From positions 37,634,001 to 37,698,000 of the forward strand of contig NC_043001.1 of assembly GCF_006345805.1 (NCBI RefSeq): a stretch of 64,000 bases of DNA, in the 5' to 3' direction. Positions within the stretch are counted from its first letter, which is position 1. Every line of letters starts with the position of its first letter. Source of the DNA: Octopus sinensis (lineage: Eukaryota). The notes beneath the pieces were generated by a model. The model did no database searches and was not told the DNA's origin. It saw only the letters and a program-made list of their open reading frames with translations. The translations under genes and the position numbers were made by a program. Positions 50,166 through 63,100 of the stretch are shown here, piece after piece.

Positions 50166-52734
50166 ATATATATATATATATAGATGTTTGCGTGTGTGTG
50201 TACATATATGTATGTGTGAGTGTGTATATGTTTTTTTGCCTCCTAAATGACTGTCACTGTCATTCAAGTAGTGTCACTCATTTCTAATATTGTGCAAGAA
50301 CATGTCTGGTCATGGGAAAATATTACCTTGCTTGGAAACTGATAAGGGTTGGTGACAAGAAGGGCATCTGACTGAAGAAAAATCTGCCTCAGTAATCTCA
50401 GTCCAACCCATGCAAACATGAAAAAGTGAATGAATGTTATGATGGTGATGATGTTATTGGTGCCACATCCTTGGACACTGACACTTTTATTAATTATACA
50501 TCATATTTTTCTGGTTATAACATATCTATTAATTTTTGTCAGGCATTCATTTAAACACACATAGGCCTAGTAAGTTTTAGAAAAGGAGAAAAAGATTCTT
50601 TTTTTTTGTTGATTAAAATATAAAGCTCTACTTTCCTAACTTTCATTCTTCTCAAGTTTATAAAATGATCACTGGAGGCTAAAAGGTGATGCTTCAAGAC
50701 TGTTACAATCCAATGACTGAAAATAATAAAATGATATGTGTTGTCTATCCCAAACCAACCACATTTTTCGCCTTTTTTCTTGCCTTTATTTTTGTTTGAA
50801 AATGAAAATACTTAATGTAGTAATTTTTGATGAATTAAAATTATATACTTAGAGGAGGAGGAAAACAACTAATTCTGGTTAAGAAAAGTAAAGGCAACAA
50901 CTCCTAGATTCTAAAGTAATTAAATATTGAATGTGGTGACATGTAATAGGAAATAAATCTAAGAAGAAATCTAAGAAGCATGTCCAGAGGTATCACTGCA
51001 CTTGCCAAATATCAGACTCATTCTCCTCTGCATTTGACATTTAATTTTTAATTCGATTTTGGAGTTGTTTCCATTACCTGCCTTTGTCAGCATTAAGTTA
51101 AACATTTTCTTTCTCACTATGTGGAATTTTGATTAATTTTTTTGGTTCGCTATGTTAAGTATGTTAGTCACCAATTAACTCATTTGTTTTTGTGTTGAAA
51201 GAGTCCCTTGATATCCCCTCCTCTATAATTCTTTCAATTTTATTATTAGTTTGTTGTTTCTACATTAATTTCTAATTCTATTGCCATGTAAGTAGGCCAG
51301 GAGAATTTTAGTGTCTTGTGCAAAGCACAAGATGCTTCAAGTGAGAATACACAAATCCAGAACACTTCATCAAGGTGGTTTGACATTTGCTTAGTTAGTC
51401 ATTGTGATTCCTTGACTTTTTGAAGTTGAGTAGCTGCTTCTTGTTTGTCAGGTATCTAAAAAAAAAAATCACTCATGTCAGAAGTAGAGTTGCTGAAGTG
51501 AACTATTGACTACAAATGTCTTGATTTCAAAATCTGCTACAGTTATTTGGCTGTGGCCCAAGGCCAACATACATTATTTAACTTGCATAAATTTGCCTGC
51601 TTGAAAATCGGTAACATGATTGACTGGTGGAATTACCAAGATCAACCAGCAGTAAGACAGTGTGCATAGACAATTTATATGCAAATATCAAAAAGAATCA
51701 TTTCATCCATATAAAGGTATAAAAAGAAATGGATTCTTGATTTTCATGTTGAATAGAAATAGATTACTTTAGCATATAACTAGAACAGTCATCTGAAAGA
51801 TCACTGATAGCAGAAAAAGAAACATAGAAAAGTAAAAAAAAAAACAAAAAAAAAAAAAAAAAAAAACAAAAAAACAAAATAAAAAAACAAAAAGCAACTC
51901 TATGATTACCAAGGCTACAAGACATTAGTTAAATGATATGTAACCAATACAAATTTTCCAGAACAGCAAGATCCAAGTTTTATGCTCCAGTTGATGAGTT
52001 TTTTTTTTTAACGGCATTTACTTCAGGAAGAGAGAGTCAAGAAAATCTGTTGCAAACAGAAATCAAACAGTTACCTTTTCTTGTGTCTGGAATTTTTAGC
52101 AGAAACACTATGCTAACTGTTTAAGTTGATCTGATGTGAATAAGATAGATGAGATCAATACTACTTTCATTTGAAAGTCAATACTTATTTAATAGATGCT
52201 TGAACTTGAAAAATAAAATGCAGTGATAAAATGCATTTAGGTACTCTTCCATGCACATACTTCACATAATCATACAACTGTAAGAGGCAGGATTTTTTTT
52301 TTTACCACAAATATCTGCAACAAAATACCTACTTTACATGAAGTTAAAATAAGTGTCTCTTTCATGAGGCATAACTCCCCCAATATTACAGACATCTGCA
52401 TAATGACTTGGCGTTGACAAAATCACAAAACAGAAAAACAACTTTTAATAAATTAGCAACTAAATAGATGAATAAATGAATATCCAGATTAATTAATCCA
52501 CTCCAACAAAACAACTATGACTATAATCTTCTACATAAATTTAATAGTTAGACTTCTGAGCTAATATGGGATTGTATGGGTCTGCATGCAATCAACATCA
52601 ATTAACCTCATCATACTGCAATCAGCATAACTCCAGTTGATCTCATACCACATGATATAATATTTGAAGATTAACATGTGAATAGTACTGAATCTAACCA
52701 AAGAAAAAGAAAAAGGAAACTAACAGACAAAATA

Positions 52735-53000
52735 GGCCCACCACTCCGAAAAGCTCTATCTGCGACGATTTCATCTCAATCGAAGGCGAGGGGCTTTCTC
52801 TGTCCAGGTTGCGGATCCGTGGAATAAGCTGCCGGACAAGATAGTGAAGATGCCGACGACTGCTCGGTTCAAAGTCTCTCTTGACCAGAAATGGCCTGAA
52901 CTCTTTGCATGAACACCCTCCATGTACATAACTCCATGTCCCCCTACATGGCCTTGCTTTTTGCTTTTTGAGCCAAAAAATTAACTTAACTTAACTTAAG
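52735..53000 (+). mobile_element. CR1/L2-type LINE 3' end with (ACTTA)n tail
   Basis: HSEKLYLRRFHLNRRR..FSVQVADPWNKLPDKIVKMPTTARFKVSLDQKWPELFA*. Confidence 0.8.
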
Positions 53001-53759
53001 TCTATTGTAAATAAAATTCAAGTGGTACTCAGTCTACCCAACTAGACCCTGACACATTCTTCAATCTACACCCAGCATATTTCCATGAAACATGAATCCT
53101 CCTGCATATTGTAAACCTACATACCTGCATGACTGAGTCTCTCTTGTAAACAATGTCCAATAATCATTAACACCAGGCAGTTTGAAAAGACATTTTATCA
53201 CAATCAGAATCTCATGATGTAGTATGATAAATTCTGTTTACATTCTACAGGAGATGCACTTAATGTTTTTATTCTATAATTTATTTACTGCTATGAAATC
53301 TTTTTATCAACTGCAAACTTGTACCAACACACATTTCATTTTCAACTCATCAACTGAATGATTTGTGTAATATTCTTACATACATTAGCCACTAAGCTCA
53401 ATGAATTTTATCTATATAAAAAAAAAGTACTCCATCTAATGAGAAATAAACATTTAATATACACAGCATAAAGATAAAAGCTGCTAATAGTTACTTGCTG
53501 TGAAGACATGTGATTAGGTAGGCTTTTATAATGTGCTTTGTGTCTCCAGGTAATCTTCGGGCTCAGAGCACATGGTCTGTTCTATTTGAAAATCGGGATA
53601 CTGGTACATGAGAAACCACAGGAAAAAAAACAAGGCTGATGCAGAATGTGGAAGGGTGAATAAAAATGGAAAAAGAAAAGAAAATTAGAATTATGTCTCC
53701 TTTGACTGTAGATACCATAATTAAACTAGTTGCAGTAGAATAATTCACTGGAGAGGGGT

Positions 53760-54042
53760 TCAAAGTCTGTGAGACTGCTGCTCAATCTGGAATGGGTGGT
53801 GTCCTTTACAAAAGTAAACCCACATATGGAGTTTGAAGACCAACTGCACACCACATACAATCAAATGTAGAATCATAGAGAAATCCATGCCATATGTAAA
53901 TGGATTTAAGAAATGCAACTTTATGCATAGCTGAAAGATCACACATTCTTTTTAGATCTAAGAATTCCACTGCACTACTTAGTTCCAGATCAGAAAATTT
54001 CAGCAAATGCAATCATATGGACAAATTTCTGTTGGCACACTA
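53760..54042 (+). mobile_element. Naiad-type PLE GIY-YIG C-terminal fragment
   Basis: THIWSLKTNCTPHTIKCRIIEKSMPYVNGFKKCN-(shift)-CIAERSHIL..LLSSRSENFSKCNHMDKFLL*. Confidence 0.7.
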
Positions 54043-54194
54043 GAGGACACCACCTGCAAAATGTGAGCAATGCTTTTGCAAAATATTAAGTCAAATAAGG
54101 CTTGCACAACACCTCATAAACCCTTTTCACCCAATTGACATGATTCAGAGACAAGATAAGGCAAGATATCTACTGCCTAGACAAGATTGTTGAA

Positions 54195-54730
54195 ATTTTC
54201 TAGCCTGTGCCAGGAAACCCATATGCAAAACCATCTTAGTTGAAGGAACAGTACTGAAAGTAATAGACAAGTTTTTCTACCTGGGCAGCACTCTCAGCTA
54301 TGTTTGCACCTTGGTTGATGAAATATCTTTAAGGTTTCAGAAGGCAACTGATTCCTTCAGGGCTCTTGAGTCTCATATCTGGTCCCAAAATGGCAGCACA
54401 AAGTGAACAAAAGTTGCTGTATTGTGAGTGTGCTGATGTTGCTCCTTTGTTCATGTGAGACACGAACCCTTTACAGGCATCATAAACGGGTCCTTGAGTG
54501 CTTCCATCAGAGATGTTTGAGACACATTCTGAGTGTTGGCTGGTTCATTTAGACTACAGATACAGAGGTCTTAAGGGAAGCTGACATCCTGAGCATTGAG
54601 GCAATGGCACACTAGCACCATTTACATTGGACTGGACACCTTGTTCAGATGAATGATCAAAAGATCCCTAAGCAAATGCTATATTGTGAACTTGTTTGTG
54701 TAAAGTGTCCCCAGCAGAAATCAAGACTAG
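54195..54730 (+). mobile_element. RTE-BovB-like LINE fragment
   Basis: VIDKFFYLGSTLS..DEISLRFQKA..LECFHQRCLRHILSVGW..TDTEVL..WTGHLVQMNDQKIPKQMLYCEL. Confidence 0.85.
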
Positions 54731-54989
54731 TGAATAAGGGAAGCTTGGTCTGCATGTGTATGTTTATTAAGAGCTGGGCTCATTAGTTACCAGTGAGGCC
54801 AAAAGTAGAATGTATAAATTTGTCTGAGTGTACAATGCTCTTAATAGCCAGTGGTGGTCTTCCTTGGTTATATATATATATATATATGGTGTGTTGCGAA
54901 TTTATGGAAAGAAATCTCATAAAACTCAACAATTTTGTTAAAAATGGAGAAGAGAAAAATGTTAAAATATATAAGAGAATTTTAATTCA

Positions 54990-55107
54990 TGCAGATGATT
55001 ATTTCGTACAGCGATATAAAAATCATGCAAATTTATGGTTGAATAGAATTAATAAAATTAATTAAATTAAATTAAATTTATTATATATCACTCTACTCTT
55101 CAGTGCA
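54990..55107 (-). ncRNA. hammerhead-like motif with long stem II (GAAA intact, stem III decayed)
   Basis: Minus strand: TGCA-CTGAAGA-GTAGAGTGATAT..ATATCGCTGTAC-GAAA-TAATCA-TC-TGCA. Confidence 0.55.
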
Positions 55108-55355
55108 CGAAGTATAAACAAAATTTTTACAAAGGACTTGAGAAAGGAAATAGCAGAATAGGATCTAGGAGATTCATATTTATGAGAAAAAGAGATGTGA
55201 GTCCAGTTAGGTATTAACCATTACAGCCTTTAGCTTTAGTTAATACCTAACTGGACTCACATCTCTTTTTCTCATAAGGATAAATATGAATCTCCTAGAT
55301 CCTATTCTGCTATTTTCTTTCTCAAGTCCTTTGTAAAAATTTTGTTTATACTTCT

Positions 55356-55454
55356 TGCACTGAAGAGTACAGTGATATATAATTAATTTAATTAATTCTA
55401 TTCAACCATGAATTTGCATGATTTTTATATCGCTGTACAAAATGATTGTCTGCA
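55356..55454 (+). ncRNA. hammerhead-like motif with 12-bp stem II and 48-nt loop (GAAA changed to AAAA)
   Basis: TGCA-CTGAAGA(55360-66)-GTACAGTGATAT..ATATCGCTGTAC-AAAA-TGATTG-TC-TGCA. Confidence 0.6.
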
Positions 55455-56331
55455 TGAATTATAATTCTCTTGTATATTTTAACATCTTCTCTTGGTTTTT
55501 AACAAAATTGTTGATTTTTATGAGATTTCTTGCCATAAATTCACAACACACCATAGACAAGTATTATTTTCATATTCACAAATTTATGCCAGTAAGCTAC
55601 CAGCAAAAATATGAAGAATCAATATTAGAAATCTTTTTTTGGAAACCTCCAAATTAAAGGACAAATCTAATTCAACCTTTTTACACACACACACAGCCAC
55701 TGCTGTTTGTCATGATACAGTGTTCTTGGTCTTTTAATTCTGGAGAACACTGAGGGTTGGTAGTTCAATAAAGCAATACCACATCAAAAAGCAGCAGTAG
55801 TAAAGAGTACCATAATCCAATGAGTAGTAGAGAGGCATTTGATGAATAAGTTTCATGATGTATCTAGTGAGAAATCAGAATACTTTCCTAACAAGTTTAT
55901 ATCCATGCTGAACTCAGTAAAAAATTGCACCAGCTCAAATGACACTACCTAGTGGTACAGACTTTCAGTGAGATTGAGATAATTTAGGTTATTGAGAGAG
56001 TGTGAATGAAGAATCTTCTACTTGTAGCTCAAATCTGCTATATACAGCTTTGACAGGACACAGTAAAACACAAAAATGAAATATGCTATTCTCAGTGTTT
56101 ATAAATTGTTGATGAAGAGAAGTTTTGCATTGTACTGTATTTATATTCTATAGTTTTATGATGCAAACACAAAGACTGTATACAGACAACAGAAGAATAC
56201 ACTCATGTACAGTCTGAGACACATGAATAAAAAGGCATACAAGTATGTTAACAAATGGATAAATACATACATATGCACACATACAAGTGTGTGTGTGTGT
56301 GTGTGCATGTGTGCATGTGCAAGTAAGTGTA

Positions 56332-56364
<33 letters not shown>

Positions 56365-56949
56365 CAATTGTCAATGTTTGTCTCAAAACAGTATCACTAT
56401 TTCTCAATAAATCTTTTTCAAATCTTGGACATATCTCCAAAATCATCCCAGAACAATGCATAAAGCGAAACATACTGGCTCCAAAATTCCTTTGGGATAT
56501 ACACAAGAGAAGATTAGTTGAAAGACTGATAGTTGTAACAGAGTGGTAGTTGAGTAGGATTGTTAGTGTGAGATATAGAAATGTAGTAAATTTATTTGGT
56601 GAAATTTTCTGTTTTTCTTTCTCCTTCAGTTCTCTTTTTAATTTTTCTCTCATCCCCCTTTCTTCAGCTCTCTCTGAACCACTCCAATTCTCTCTCCCTC
56701 TCTTTCTCTCTGTCTGTCTGTCTGTCTCTCTCTCTCTTACACACACACACATACACAAACTTTCTCAATCATTTCTCTAATAGGCATCAATGCATAGACA
56801 GTATAAATTGGAACATCGTAGGTATTGAAATTTTCCATTTACTAATCATACCTCCAAAAAGTTTCAAATACCAAAGAAGTTCAAATACCAAAGACACACC
56901 CACACATACACAAACACACAGTATCAGTCACATTTACATAGTATATGTA

Positions 56950-57250
56950 GTTTTGTTTATATACCAAATTTGCCACAGGATAACATCCAAGGAATGCCTT
57001 CTACATGACAGAGTGTTAAAGAACACTAAATGTCTCAGACCTGGTGAGACTATCCACCTCAGATTCCAAGAATAGTAGATGGTGATATTTTATCATTATT
57101 GTAGCTTATCAATAATATTCTCAGCATCCAAGGCGAGTTGTCTCATCTGGTCATCTGGTCTGGGACATTTGGTATTCTTTAACACTTGGTGTTATGAAGA
57201 GAGCATTTCCTGGATGTTATCACACAGCAAATTTGGCATATAAACAAAAC
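56950..57250. repeat. degenerate inverted repeat (about 100-bp arms)
   Basis: GTTTTGTTTATATACCAAATTTGCC..GATAACATCC..GTGTTAAAGAA..AAATGTCTCAGACC versus its reverse complement at 57155-57250. Confidence 0.75.
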
Positions 57251-57811
57251 GCATACATTGTGAATGTGCGACCAATAATATTTACATTACTAGAGCTGTT
57301 TTTAATTCATAAGTTTACATATATATATGATTCAAATCCAAACAAATGTGCAGAGTACCATTTTCCACTTGGGGAAAGCATTCAGGCAAGCACTTGAAAC
57401 TTCCAATATTAAGTAATGCAATATCACAGTAGATGTCCAGATATTAGATATCAGATATCACAAGCTGTACTGGATACAATTTATGTTCCTATCTTCAGAG
57501 ATCATGCTAATGATAAAGTCAAATCCATAACAGCAGACCTACCCCTGCAGATGTCATGGTTTATCAACTTGGTCAATCTCATTGATATACAAATTTAAAA
57601 TTCAGTATATTTCCTCATAGACTTCATAGAAAAATTAACATATATCTATACCTGGAATATGTGGGGAGGCACAAAAACCTATACCAATGCTGATAAAACA
57701 AAGGCTATAGGATAAGATTCATTAAAATTTACCATCTGTTCTTTACTGTTCTGAAGTCAGTGAGGAAGATATGATTCGAGACTATATGAATGAGATGTAC
57801 AAAAAGATATA

Positions 57812-58222
57812 CTCTTTTTACTCTTTTACTTGTTTCAGTCATGTGACTGTGGCCATGCTGGAGCACCGCCTTTAGTTGAGCAAATCGACCCTAGGACTAA
57901 TTCTTTGTAAGCCTAGTACTTATTCTATCGGACACTTTTGCCAAACCACTAAGTTACGGGGACGTAGACACACCAGCATCGGTTGTCAAATGATGTTGGG
58001 GGCGGGGGGGGGGGCAAACAAAGACACACAAACATATACACACATATACATACATATATACAACGGGCTTCTTTCAGTTTCAGTCTATCAAATCCACTCA
58101 CAATGCTTTGGTCGCCCGAGGCTATAGTAGAAGACACTAGCCCAAGGTGCCATGCAGTGGGACTGAACCCGGAAGCATGTGCTTCGTAAGCAAGCTACTT
58201 ACCACACAGCCACTCTTATGCC
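57812..58222 (-). mobile_element. SINE family A, full length
   Basis: Reverse complement of the 45672-46075 structure. Confidence 0.9.
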
Positions 58223-59265
58223 TATATGTTATATAAAACAACAAAACTAATATGCAAAACTATTATGAACTTAAATAATGAGAAGAAATAGTCAGACACA
58301 GTTACCAAGAATAGCAAAGGACATTCTACTAGGTTTGTACTGCAATATATGTTGGAATTTGGTTTTCACAGGAAAGTTGCAAACAGATGTTGTGCAGGAA
58401 TGTTGCCCAATTAGCACTGACATTATATCAGAACATCATAAATACTTTTAAAATCTAAAAGCTGATGCAAGCAAGCAACATAGACATTCCAGACAAAACA
58501 CCTAAGAGAATCCACAGATTCTGCTCATTAAGACATCAGGTACAAGAAACAAATAGATCTCTTTCCTTCACAGAACAGAAAGCAATAGTTTGAAGATAAT
58601 AGATACGAAGAAGGGAACTGATACATTGATTATCAACCAGAGCAGCTGCATCACAGTGCCGTCCTGAAATATGAATGGTCTTCTTCAGTCCAAATATTGA
58701 TGTCTTGGTTCTAGCTGTTGCAGCACACTACAACAATTTTTCTGCAAACACATTGTGATGTTTGGTATCAAGTGTTCTAGAGACTAAGTCAATCTGGGGT
58801 ATACTGGGACGAGACAAGACAACAATGTTAGCCATATTCCACAAATTTTTTTGAGCAATGATGGAAGATTCTCTAGACAAAACCTAGTAGTTTAAGGCAA
58901 AACTCAGTGGTTTAACTAGAACAGGAAGGTTGACAGGGTCATTATCTCACCACAAATGAAATTAACAGAAAGGTGACATAACAGGAGATAAAGGTTACAA
59001 TGGTTGACTTTGTTTAATACATTACCAAGACAGGGGTAATATCTGTTTTATCCACTTAAATATAGTTATTATCAGAATGACCACACTACAATGGTTGTTG
59101 TAAAGTTGATAACATATTAGTGTAAGCCCATTGTATATCCAGAGGTGTTCATGCTGAAGACATGACTTGTAAGTGGAAATGATTGAGAAAAAAGCATTGA
59201 CAGTAATATCAAAAATGACACTGAAAACAGTGATTAAGATCTTTAAAAGAATATTCTTGAGTAAT

Positions 59266-59510
59266 ATCATCATCATCATCATCATCGTTTAGCGTCCGTT
59301 TTCCATGCTAGCATGGGTTGGACGGTTCTACTGGGGTCTGTGAAGCCAGAAGGCTTCATCAGGCCCAGTCAAATCTGGCAGTGTTTCTACGGCTGGATGC
59401 CCTTCCTAACGCCAACCACTCCGTGAGTGTAGTGGGTGCTTTTTACATGCCACCCGCACAGGTGCCAGACAGAGCTGGCAAACAGCCACGAACGGATGGT
59501 GCTTTTTATG
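59266..59510 (-). mobile_element. SINE family B
   Basis: Matches 8014 and 49899. Confidence 0.85.
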
Positions 59511-60040
59511 TAGACATAGTAAATTCTGTATATAGGGTTTATAACTCAATCTGATAACTAAGCCATTTTTCTCATTATAAGCCCAAAAGGCTTGCAGCAT
59601 GAATTATGTTTTAATGGTTGAAGTTGCATTGATGGATAAAGCTGGTTTGAGTTCCGATATATGTGAGTATGTAGATAAAGGAAGAAACAGAAAACCAGGA
59701 AGACTAAATGCAATGATTTATTCAACCCATTAAAGAGCATTAACATGGCAAAGCTGTTGAGATACGTCATGAAATATACTGTCAGCAAATATACACAATG
59801 ATTCTCAGGCAGTTGGTACATGACATATGTTGTGTAGAACAGGAAAACAAATACAAAACAACTTCTGCTGGAAGACAGAGAAAAATGTACATGTCAAAGA
59901 CTACCTGTGAAAATAAACTTGCTCTGCTGAGACCTGAATTTGACTGTGCAACTTATCTCACTAAAAAAATAGTGGGAAGACTCTCTTATATAGCTGATGG
60001 TGGGCTCATAGCGGATAGACATAAATTTCCTATGCTCGGC

Positions 60041-60166
60041 TGGTCTATCACATGATAGAATGGACAGACCATGGACTCAACCATCACATGACCAGGTCAT
60101 GTATGGTCTATCACATGATGGAATGGACAGACCATGGACTCAACCATCACATGACCAGGTCATGTA
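60041..60166. repeat. 63-bp tandem duplication (2 copies, 1 mismatch)
   Basis: TGGTCTATCACATGAT(A/G)GAATGGACAGACC..GGTCATGTA starts at 60041 and 60104. Confidence 0.9.
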
Positions 60167-63100
60167 ACCACTTGTAGTAAACACAATGTATGAGCCGATA
60201 AGTGTCTATTTAAAGGCAAACAAGTGAACTGTGAACATGTACTTGCTACTATGTCATATAACTATGTCACAAATATGATGACAATGTTTCTCGGTTACCT
60301 TTGTTATTTACATTTCTATAAAACTGAGGGCTATTTTGAAGCTTTACTGCATAGCTTGGCCCAGAATACAAAGGGTCAGCATACTTGAGTTTCTAGATTG
60401 ATTAGAAGCCAAGATTGTACAAAATATGTAATATATTGTTTTGGTGGTGGAAAGCTATAAATAATAGCAAATAGACAATATTCTACATGCTCACATTTAT
60501 AGCTTTAGATCTTTTCTGTTGCTGTCACAGATTTCTATTTCTTTTAATTTTTTATGCTAATTACAGAAATGTAATTCATTTAGGATCTTTTCTGTTTGAC
60601 TTTCACTTTTCAATAATTCCATCAATTTTGATCCAATTGTTTTCAAATCTGGTGTGCTGATTTCGTTTTGTATGTTAATTATGGAAATGAAATTCATTTT
60701 ACCATAAATTACAAATAAAAAGTTAACAGGTTTTAAATTTTGGAAATTTTGGTAAATTTTAACCAATCAAAAGCTAGACAGATTGGGGCCTGTTTCCATA
60801 GTAACAAGTGAAGCTGTAGTCTGCTGTACAAGCCACGACGATGACGACAACATCATGTATTTTCTTTTTGTCTGTTTTCTGAACTTTTGTTATCTTATTT
60901 TCATCATTTTTGCCTGTAGTTTTGAGAAACAGAGGATCTCTTTCTGTTTGCTATCATCTCAGATTTTGTTTGCAATTTTGTTATCTCATTTTCATAATTT
61001 TGGAAAAATAAATTTTCAAATGGTTTTCATGAACTGAAATATTACTAGAATATAACATACGGTTTGTTTTTTGTAATTTTTCACAAAAAAAAAAAATCAT
61101 TGATAATTTTTTTTTCCTTTTTAAATTATTTACATAACTTTATTTATTCACTAATCACTGTTGTGTCATGTTTCCCATATGGCAAGAATAGCCTAAATAT
61201 AATCTCTACTGGATTTCCATTAAAGCGGTAGAAAAAGAAGATAAAATGCTAAAAACAGACAACGATCACATTGCAGCTATAAAGTGAAGAATATTCATGA
61301 CTTAATGTTGTTCCTATAGCTTTTGTTTATTTTCACTTTTAATTGAAAAAGAAAAAGAAAAAAGAAACGGATTTTTTTCAATGAAACAAGTGTGGAACAA
61401 ACTCAGCACTTTGTCCGGTAAACAAGCAATGCCTAGACTTGTTTCAGATAAAGAAATTAGTGATGATATTTATTCTTTGGATGAAGAATTACCCTTATGA
61501 GGGTAATAAGAGGGATGCAAGCAATCAAACTGGTGAAAGAAATGAGGAAAGTTGTAATTCAAGTGTACAAATAAGGTGATTGAAAGATAGACCTATCATT
61601 GTACTCTTGATCTCTTTTTTTTTTGTGATTCTGTCCATTAGTTGTTCAACAGAAGAAATTTCATCAATATACCAAAATTTCCACTTAATTTTAAAATTTC
61701 AAAATCTATAACAGCAACAGAAAATTTCTCCCCAAAAAATATTACTAATAAATAAATAAATAAAAATAAAAAAATACCCCACCACCACTGCACACATTCT
61801 CAAACTTTATATTCTGTGAGTAAACTGCAGTTAATGGAAGAATTGACAGGTATTTAAAAAGGAAGAGTTGGGGGGTGTTTAAGAGATGGTAGGGTCAGTA
61901 ATGTGATGCAAATCAATCCAAAGACACTGCTTTGACTGATGTGATAGTGTTAAACTGTATGTTCTAAGGCTAACTAGCAATCTGTTATTTCAAATAATAG
62001 CATATCTTCTCAGCATGCAAAAAGTTTGTAACTTTGTTTTTTTCAAAGTTTTATTCTTTTTTGTTAAGAATTAGAGGTATGAAAAAGAAGTCGGGCTGAA
62101 TTATTTGCTATCTGCTTCATAAATATCACAATATTTTAACATTATTTTAATGTTTAAATCTTGCCTTACTTATGATGAGTTAGTTCCAAGTTGGCTCTGA
62201 TCAAGCAAACAGACCTATAAGTAAAGATATTCAAACCATGATCATCTAGTTTTTCTTTTCTTCTAATAAATAGTGTACCCCACACTAGATTATCCAGTGT
62301 ATCCTTTTAATGACTGCAGTGTGAACCATTGGATGAGATTCAGTGGTCATTTCTTGCAATTCAAATGACTACATTGAAACTTCTTTATTTGCTCCTCCAC
62401 CTTAGACATGACAAAAGGAGACATTATGGAATTGGAGGTAAAATTGAAGGATTCTTAAATCCTTCAGTGATGGAAACAGAGGATTCGATGCAACAGCTAA
62501 GAAATTGATCATGAAGTCATTTTTTAATGAAAATTTGAATTTGAGAGTTAAAGCTGTAACCATGGAAAATAAGTAAAAAAGTGTATGGTCCATTTATTGA
62601 TTGTTGACATCAGCATTTTCAAATGACACACATATGTGCAAATCTATGATAAAAAGAGAGTTGAAGCCAATAAGTGATCTTTATGTGGTTACATGAATTG
62701 CTTTGAAACAATAGACAAATCTCCCTCATACAATACCCTACTACATTAAAAAGGAGGTTTACTATCTTTGGAAAAGAAAATAAAGAATAAAATAAGGGCT
62801 TGGAAGTCTTTTATTCTGGATGTACAATGAGGATTTGAAAGACAAGGCTGAAATCAAATAAGTTAAAGATAAGATTTAGTGTTACTTATAATGATTGGTA
62901 AGGACATGCAATGTGAATAAATAGCATATTGAAGCTAGATTTAGAGTGTATACAGGCTTAAGTAGTTTAAAGAAGATTTAAGATTAGTTTGTAAGATCTG
63001 ACCTTCGAATGTTATGCCTTGAAGATTAGAACATGTAAGAAAGAGACATTGATGACAGTGACTTCAATAATGATGGCAGTATTGGCAATAAGGATGGTAC

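Larger units (their letters stand above)
54886..55554. repeat. long inverted repeat (about 320-bp arms, 20-nt spacer), probable inverted PLE pseudo-LTR pair
   Basis: 54886-55218 is the near reverse complement of 55239-55554; both arms contain HHR-like motifs. Confidence 0.9.

Noticed and set aside
60041-60166. CRISPR-like or functional repeat array
   Set aside because: It is a simple two-copy tandem duplication with no spacers, in eukaryotic repeat context.
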